From the IMG/VR virus record IMGVR_UViG_3300032770_000004, positions 105,963 through 169,962 of that record: 64,000 nucleotides of DNA, one strand, 5' to 3'. Made by a program: the position numbers and the translations under genes. The first letter of the stretch is position 1, and each line of letters starts with the position of its first letter. The notes under the pieces were generated by a model. It ran no database searches. It had not been told where the DNA came from and saw nothing but the letters and a program-made list of their open reading frames with translations. This DNA is from a virus. Of the stretch, positions 58,334 through 64,000 are shown in pieces.

Positions 58334-58779
58334 TATCTGTCCTTGTGCGGACAGATACCGCCATTTCGTTGTCGTCCAAGATTGCAGTTGAAACACATGA
58401 TTTGAAACGCATCTTTTGGATATCCTTGTTGTTGAAGCCATCGATACATATGGATCCCAGCACGACGATCTCCCAGAACTTCTTTTCGATGCTTAGTACC
58501 GTTTCCATTTACATGATCTATGGTAAGAAATAATGGGGAGGTTTCCCCGCAACATACACAAGTGCCGCCATAAGCGGCCATTGTCTGTTGTGTGATTACT
58601 TTACGTCTTCGAGCGTTGATCTTAGCGTTAACGCCAGGATGCTCTTTGTTCCATTTGCGTACTCTAGCGTTCTGTTTCTCTCGAAATTTGGAATCGTTTT
58701 TTCTGCGTATTCTACGAGCTGCGTTGATCTTGTCGCGATTTTTTTCTCGGTATCTGCGTGCTTGTTCTTTGGTAGCCAT
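58333..58779 (-). CDS. free-standing HNH endonuclease
   Basis: YGGTCVCCGE....FLTIDHVNGNG...FQIMCFNCN...CPH. Confidence 0.85.
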   Translation of the reverse strand: MATKEQARRYREKNRDKINAARRIRRKNDSKFREKQNARVRKWNKEHPGVNAKINARRRKVITQQTMAAYGGTCVCCGETSPLFLTIDHVNGNGTKHRKEVLGDRRAGIHMYRWLQQQGYPKDAFQIMCFNCNLGRQRNGGICPHKDR

Positions 58780-58786
58780 GGACAAT

Positions 58787-58793
58787 AGATTAC
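58787..58793 (-). promoter_or_regulatory. GTAATCT element
   Basis: 7 nt before ATG 58779, no SD; overlaps the groEL TAA. Confidence 0.55.
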
Positions 58794-60619
58794 CCGCGTT
58801 CGTCAGCAGGGTTAGTGTTCGCGTTCCTCAGGAACTCGGCCGTTTCGCGGGCTTCGCTGGTTTCAAGTCCATGGTCACGACGGAATACCACAGTTCCTCC
58901 ACAAGTACCAAGCAAAGAAGCAATGGAAATGCTGTTCTTAATGGCATCGCGAACAGCCGGTAGGCTATCCAATAGGTATGATCCATTCTCAAATGCCTTT
59001 ACGTTCTTCTGTTCTAACAAATCGAAAACAATGCCACTGCTAAGTTTTTCAGTGTGCTTGAGCATTTCTTCGTCGGAATAGCCAGCGTTTGTAAATAGCC
59101 GCTTTATGGGTTCTAGGAGAGCTGGAGCTAGTACTTTCTCAATAATCCACATCTCGTCGAAACTGGGCGACCAACCGTACTTAGCGCTGAACTTAGCGGA
59201 TCCTTCAGTTCCCCACGATGCGAACTCATCGCTCATCAATTTGAGAAAGTAGCCGCCTCCGTAAAGAGCACCATTGGCTAGAGCGCCGCGTACCGCGCAT
59301 ACGGCATCTTCGGCTCGGTCACGGCGTTCTTTGACTTCACCGTTGCTAGAACCATAGACGATAAGCTTGGCGATACCACTGGTCATCTTGGCAATGCGCT
59401 CTCGCAACATTCTCTTCTCCAGCTCGGAGTTGGTTGGATCCTGCTCGCGCTTGGCAATTCGATCGACCCGTTCCAAAATCAGTAGCTCATCACGGAATCC
59501 AATGATGTTAGTTCGAAACCTACTCGCCTCGAATTGCGTGACTCCTACACCAAGAGCTTCGATTTGGAAATTCTGGAACGGGAAATTGATCTGATCCATG
59601 ATGGTTCCACCAGTGATAGCGGCAAGGTCTTGTAGGAAGTCCAGCTGACCTGTTTTGATGGGACTAACCGGAGCAAGAAGTGGATAGACGTTCAGGGTAC
59701 CTTGCATCACAAATCCAGCTGCAAGTTGGGCAAGTACTGTCTCCGAGAATCCAGTCGCTACTATCACCACATTGTGGGTGAGCTTATGTTCGCCAACAGA
59801 CTTACCGTCGCTTACGTGTTGAGCAATTAGGCTTAGCACCGGGTAAATCGTATTAAAGTCATTGATTGTCCCGTGGTACAAAAGAAAACTGGGTCTCTCT
59901 AGTACACAGGTTTGAGTGGCTGGATCGTTAATGAATTTGGGGTAGAACATACGGCACGAATCTTCGTATCCGATTGTTACGGGATAGCCCTCAATCTTTT
60001 GTACTTCGTAGTGTGAAGGACCATTGGCTTCGACGATTGTCACGTTGCCCTCAGAACCGATGATGTCAAAACACTTCATAACGGCATCGGCTAGCGGGCC
60101 ATCACCGTTAGCGCTGATTTTGGCAACACTGCGGCACATAGCCCTTCCTTCTTCGGAAACTAGGTCGGGCTTGACCTTGACATCTTCCATGACTGGCAGG
60201 ATTGCTTTGGCATAGGCATCCTGAAGTACTCGCACCACGCGTTGGGGGCTAACATGTGGATTTTTGTTCGTATACGCGATTGTATGGCGCACAATAGCTT
60301 CGGCAAGAATTGTCGCAGTTGTAGTGCCGTCGCCAGCTTCTGAGGCCGTTCTGATCGCCGCATCACGTGCTGCTTCCATTAGGACATGTGCAGACGCGTT
60401 ATCGAAGCCCAGGGCTCGAAATACAGTAACCCCGTCCTTTGTGATGACCGGAGGGAGATCTACTTCCTGGTGCTCAATTACGACGTTCTGGCCACCAGGA
60501 CCGAGGGTAGCACCGACTAGGTCGCTACAGGTCTTCAGGGTCTCAAGTACCAGCCTTTGGAGTTCCGGACCCTTCCGGGTCATTTCCTTTGCCACGCTTT
60601 TTACTTTTTGGTATTGCAT
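58790..60619 (-). CDS. groEL: GroEL-like phage chaperonin
   Basis: TLGPGG, ITKDGVTV, AGDGTTTAT, ISANGD and KERRDRAEDA motifs; no GGM tail. Confidence 0.93.
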   Translation of the reverse strand: MQYQKVKSVAKEMTRKGPELQRLVLETLKTCSDLVGATLGPGGQNVVIEHQEVDLPPVITKDGVTVFRALGFDNASAHVLMEAARDAAIRTASEAGDGTTTATILAEAIVRHTIAYTNKNPHVSPQRVVRVLQDAYAKAILPVMEDVKVKPDLVSEEGRAMCRSVAKISANGDGPLADAVMKCFDIIGSEGNVTIVEANGPSHYEVQKIEGYPVTIGYEDSCRMFYPKFINDPATQTCVLERPSFLLYHGTINDFNTIYPVLSLIAQHVSDGKSVGEHKLTHNVVIVATGFSETVLAQLAAGFVMQGTLNVYPLLAPVSPIKTGQLDFLQDLAAITGGTIMDQINFPFQNFQIEALGVGVTQFEASRFRTNIIGFRDELLILERVDRIAKREQDPTNSELEKRMLRERIAKMTSGIAKLIVYGSSNGEVKERRDRAEDAVCAVRGALANGALYGGGYFLKLMSDEFASWGTEGSAKFSAKYGWSPSFDEMWIIEKVLAPALLEPIKRLFTNAGYSDEEMLKHTEKLSSGIVFDLLEQKNVKAFENGSYLLDSLPAVRDAIKNSISIASLLGTCGGTVVFRRDHGLETSEARETAEFLRNANTNPADERG

Positions 60620-60923
60620 CCTTCTTCTTTACCTCTGTCAGGGTAAGTACTCTGACACATATTGGGTTTTTGGTAACGGGATCAATGATCCCGCCCACAT
60701 ATTGATAGCTGATCAGTCCTTCGCGGTACATTATAGCAAGGTGCTTGCGAACACACGCGACCGACTTCTCCACGGTTGTGGCAATCTCTTGATTTGTCAA
60801 CATGCCACCGTTACGGGCAATCGTCGAAAGAATGGCAATCCTGGTTATGTCGCCTACATTCTTCCGGTACTCCCGGATCTTGGCACGACGTAGCTTTTCT
60901 TTGGAATCATCGTCGTTTGACAT
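60543..60923 (-). CDS. winged-helix DNA-binding protein
   Basis: ILSTIARNGGMLTNQEIATTVEKSVACVRKHLAIMYREGLISY; adjacent to the repeat locus. Confidence 0.75.
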   Translation of the reverse strand: MSNDDDSKEKLRRAKIREYRKNVGDITRIAILSTIARNGGMLTNQEIATTVEKSVACVRKHLAIMYREGLISYQYVGGIIDPVTKNPICVRVLTLTEVKKKDAIPKSKKRGKGNDPEGSGTPKAGT

Positions 60924-60953
60924 CACGATACCTTACCATGTTCTGAAATACCC

Positions 60954-61330
60954 GTCTAGGTAGCACCCATGCTACCAAGATAAATGTAAAGAAGATGGAC
61001 ATTTTTAAAAAGGGCGTCTAAATAGCAGGGGTGCTACTTAGACAGAGGGAGAACGATTTTTGGAGGGGGGATTCGACCCCCCTGGGGGGTGCTACTTAGA
61101 CCTCAACGAGAATTCGAGGGGTTAACATGACTCGATGAAACATAGGGCTCTCCAATTTTGCTTATGGAAACAGAAAATGGGGGAGGGGGTCGGACCCCCT
61201 TTTTGGGTACTTTTCGATTTTAAGTATTTGATTTCGTTCATAATTGCTCTATCGATGTGCTACTTAGACGGGTCTAAGTAGCAGGGGAGGGGGGATACCC
61301 CCCATATGACATTAGAGGTCTAAATCGCGC
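60954..61330. repeat. iteron-like 12-13-bp repeats, consensus (G/C)TGCTACTTAGAC
   Basis: + copies at 61031, 61089, 61257; - copies at 60954, 61016, 61272; degenerate copies at 60970 and 61318. Confidence 0.9.
61221..61233 (-). promoter_or_regulatory. IHF-binding consensus site
   Basis: AATCAAATACTTA is an exact match to WATCAANNNNTTR, in an AT-rich tract between repeats. Confidence 0.6.
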
Positions 61331-61468
61331 AGAGGTCCCAGTTACATGGGCCACCGTTACGGTGGCCCCCGTTAACTAGTTATTACATTAGATCTAACGT
61401 TAGATCTATCAGTAAGTAACAAAAGATTAATAGGAGGGGAATGTCAACACAGGGAAAATTCATGATCT

Positions 61469-61477
61469 TGATATACT
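61469..61477 (+). promoter_or_regulatory. extended -10 promoter for the helicase/sigma unit
   Basis: TGaTATACT, 6 nt before ATG 61484. Confidence 0.6.
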
Positions 61478-61483
61478 CGGAGG

Positions 61484-62989
61484 ATGAGGATCAAGGAACC
61501 TACCAAGCTAATCATTGGACCAGTGTCATCAAGTGCTGTACTGGACCAACTGAAAGCAGGATTGACATATACCGACAAGAAGGTAGAGCAAGAATTAATC
61601 AGATTCAAGAGGAATGGAGCTAGATGGTACGGAGAGGAAGAGTACAAACTCAAACTAGCTGAGATTAAGTCAAGAATCCCTAAGTGCTTACTCTTCGAAG
61701 GCGAAGAAGGATACTGGACGTATAGTGGACTGAGTCAATACGTACAGAGCAAAACTAAATACACCCTAGTCAATGAGGTGGTCTATCCTGAGCCTAAGTT
61801 ACTCCCATGGGATCAGAAGCCATCTTATGAAATGTACCCATACCAAAAGGAAGCGATGGAAAAGCTCCTAGAAGCAAAGCATGCAGGAGTAGAAATGGGT
61901 ACAGGTCTAGGAAAGAGCTTCATCATCGCTAATGTTGTCAAACAGCTAGGTCTCAAAACCATCATCATGACTCCTAGTGCTAACATTACTGAAAAGCTAC
62001 TAACTGACTTTACTCGATGGTTCGGCAAGAAGAACGTTGGAGCTTTCTTCGATGGGAAGAAAGAAACCAAGAAACTAATCACTATCGGTACTGCCCAGTC
62101 ATTCACTAGAGTCAAAAAGGGATCCGTTCTATGGAAGGAACTACAAGCAACTAAGGTATTCATTGTTGACGAAAGTCATCAATGTCCTGCCAAGACTCTT
62201 GCTTCTGTATGCTTCGGACTAGTCAAGGACGTTCCTTACAGATTCTTCTTCTCAGCTACTCAGTTTAGGAATGATGGATCTGATCTCCTCCTTGATGGAA
62301 TCACTGGCCCTATTGTCTACAGAATGACTGTTCGTGAAGGTGTTGACAAAGGATTTCTAGCCAAGCCAATCTTCAAGATGTTCAATGCTCCTATGAATGG
62401 AGACTATTGGAGTAATGATCCACTAGACATGACTCGCCATCACCTCCTCTACAATCCCTCCATAGCTAAGTCCATCGGAACGATGGCTAACTATGCAGTA
62501 AAAGCAGGGTTTCCTGTTTTGATCCTAATCGAAGAGGTAGAACAGTTTACAAAGCTACTTCCATGGCTAAGTTATGAGGTTGGATTTGCTCATGGTTCTC
62601 TGACTGAGGACAATCGAGGAAAGGTGCCTATGGAATTTCACAAATCTGATCCTACAGAACTTGTCAAGAGATTTAACGAAGGTAAACTGCCAATTCTCGT
62701 AGGAACATCATGTATTTCTACTGGTACTGACATTCCTGTCGTTAAGTTTCTGGTATACTGGCAGGGTGGATCTAGTGAGATCCAGGTGAAACAGGCTATC
62801 GGACGTGGTACCCGAATCACCTCTAACAAGAATTTTTGTCACATAGTTGACTTTAAGGTGGATGACAGACACATGGATTCAAATGGTCGATGGAAGCGAG
62901 GTCCCGTAGGACGCCATGCTGACATTAGGAAAGAGATCTACGATGACTTGTATGGTCCTGTCACCATGGCGGAACTGATGAATGGCTAA
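61484..62989 (+). CDS. uvsW: UvsW-like SF2 DNA helicase
   Basis: YPYQ, GTGLGKS, VDESH, FSAT, STGTDIP and QAIGRGTR motifs. Confidence 0.88.
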   Translation: MRIKEPTKLIIGPVSSSAVLDQLKAGLTYTDKKVEQELIRFKRNGARWYGEEEYKLKLAEIKSRIPKCLLFEGEEGYWTYSGLSQYVQSKTKYTLVNEVVYPEPKLLPWDQKPSYEMYPYQKEAMEKLLEAKHAGVEMGTGLGKSFIIANVVKQLGLKTIIMTPSANITEKLLTDFTRWFGKKNVGAFFDGKKETKKLITIGTAQSFTRVKKGSVLWKELQATKVFIVDESHQCPAKTLASVCFGLVKDVPYRFFFSATQFRNDGSDLLLDGITGPIVYRMTVREGVDKGFLAKPIFKMFNAPMNGDYWSNDPLDMTRHHLLYNPSIAKSIGTMANYAVKAGFPVLILIEEVEQFTKLLPWLSYEVGFAHGSLTEDNRGKVPMEFHKSDPTELVKRFNEGKLPILVGTSCISTGTDIPVVKFLVYWQGGSSEIQVKQAIGRGTRITSNKNFCHIVDFKVDDRHMDSNGRWKRGPVGRHADIRKEIYDDLYGPVTMAELMNG

Positions 62990-64000
62990 GATTGAGATTG
63001 ACAAACACTTCAAACTTTTCGCATCGAATCTCGAACAAGCCCTAGAGAAGTACGAGGCCGTTGAGGATGAGGCACTTCTAGCCCATCAACGTGAACAGAT
63101 CAGAAGACTGGTCTCGCTAGAAACCAAGCTACGAGAAGTATTGATCAAGCATCCATGGGGTCCTGGAGTCTATAAGGACTTCATCAAATTCATTCGCGAC
63201 AAGCGAAAGAATGTATTGGCAGCACGTCCCTATTTTCGTGAACGTCAAGGGGTCTTCACTCGCCATATCAGTGTCGCTCTGATGAACAGAAATGACAAGG
63301 CTCTGTATCGCTATCGATTTAACTGGTCGTTCGTAGACTACGTGTTAAACGCACGTAAATGGCCTCAGGGAGGAAAAGTCGCCTCGTTGGCTAGGGAGAT
63401 AGCCTCCGCACGTCAGGAGCTGCTAGAACAGAATTTACCGCTTGCTATCAGTCAAGCTCGAATCTTCTGGGCAGGTACTCCTAAGAGTCATTTGTCATAC
63501 ATGGACGTAGTGCAGATCCAATGTCAAGCCCTCCTATTGGCAATCGACAAGTTTGTTCCTCCTAATGACAAAAGAATGTCCGAGAAGGCTAGCCTAGCGG
63601 CATTCCGTGTCTTTAGGGCTGTAGCTATTGGCATCATGCGCAGAGATCGCGTGAACGCCTATAGCGAAACGTTGATCCACTTCTATCCCAAAGACAAAGC
63701 CATCATCTATCGAGCGCTGAAGATTCTCCGCAAGACAGTAGGCGATGTCGATTACGACAAGCTAGCTAAAGAAGTGAACAAAGAACTTGACAACGAGAAG
63801 ATTAAGACCAATGGCAAGGAGGTAGCCGGTCTAGTAGCGGGGGCGAGTACAATCAGTGCTGACTTTAGCCCGGATCCAGATGGCGAGACCATCATCGATA
63901 CGTACCCTGAAGAACACGAAACTCGGCCTGATACAATGATGGAGGAGCATCAAGCGCTGACTACTATGAGAGTAGCCTCTGAAAATCTCAGCTTGCTTGA
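62982..64000 (+). CDS. phage sigma70-family factor, 3' end outside window
   Basis: Not in the ORF track because it has no stop in the window. Manual translation gives ARQELLEQNLPLAISQARIF......LSYMDVVQ.....LLLAIDKF (regions 2.1-2.3), a region-3-like segment, and ends ...ASENLSLL. Confidence 0.8.
   Translation, partial: MAKIEIDKHFKLFASNLEQALEKYEAVEDEALLAHQREQIRRLVSLETKLREVLIKHPWGPGVYKDFIKFIRDKRKNVLAARPYFRERQGVFTRHISVALMNRNDKALYRYRFNWSFVDYVLNARKWPQGGKVASLAREIASARQELLEQNLPLAISQARIFWAGTPKSHLSYMDVVQIQCQALLLAIDKFVPPNDKRMSEKASLAAFRVFRAVAIGIMRRDRVNAYSETLIHFYPKDKAIIYRALKILRKTVGDVDYDKLAKEVNKELDNEKIKTNGKEVAGLVAGASTISADFSPDPDGETIIDTYPEEHETRPDTMMEEHQALTTMRVASENLSLL

Noticed and set aside
60954-61330. CRISPR array or tRNA cluster in the non-coding region
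   Set aside because: The repeats are 12-13 bp, in mixed orientation and irregularly spaced; GGATTCGACCCC looks like a T-arm but no cloverleaf can be built around it.
61441-61623. 60-aa ORF with upstream AGGAGG
   Set aside because: It overlaps the helicase gene out of frame for most of its length and has no recognisable features; it cannot be fully excluded.
1-64000. Stop-codon reassignment (TAG stops are rare)
   Set aside because: Conserved proteins are full length in the standard code, and the TAG at 32485 falls at the natural end of the helicase.

Overview
This window is a 64-kb segment of a large lytic myovirus (contractile-tailed dsDNA phage) read in the standard genetic code, with near-continuous coding. 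Positions 1-1462 (- strand) hold a partial TROVE/Ro60 gene and one unknown gene. Positions 1574-29369 (+) are a tail/baseplate/lysis module: chaperone-like genes, tape measure, hub, spike, giant baseplate proteins with Kelch/LamG/Ig domains, a Gly-rich fibre and a GH108 endolysin. Positions 29370-60926 (mostly -) are an accessory and replication arm: peptide deformylase, CCA-type nucleotidyltransferase, Dda/RecD helicase, phosphoesterases, a Cys-rich lipoprotein, an aminotransferase, DnaB, primase, RecA, SSB, DnaE, dUTPase, an intein-containing class II RNR, SbcC, GroEL and a wHTH protein. A roughly 500-bp non-coding switch region (60927-61483) follows, then a UvsW-like helicase and a partial sigma70-family gene on +. 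The most notable signals are: (1) a GTAATCT element just upstream of all six free-standing HNH/EndoVII genes and several late genes, often at leaderless spacing, together with a phage sigma factor and a separate sigma-region-4-like protein; (2) an iteron/IHF/hairpin locus beside the wHTH gene, which may be an origin or a packaging site; (3) a Pro1, class-3-like intein at the RNR catalytic Cys; (4) host-like Cys-rich lipoprotein and Kelch modules that point to a Myxococcota-like host. Products were assigned from motifs read by eye; no searches were run.
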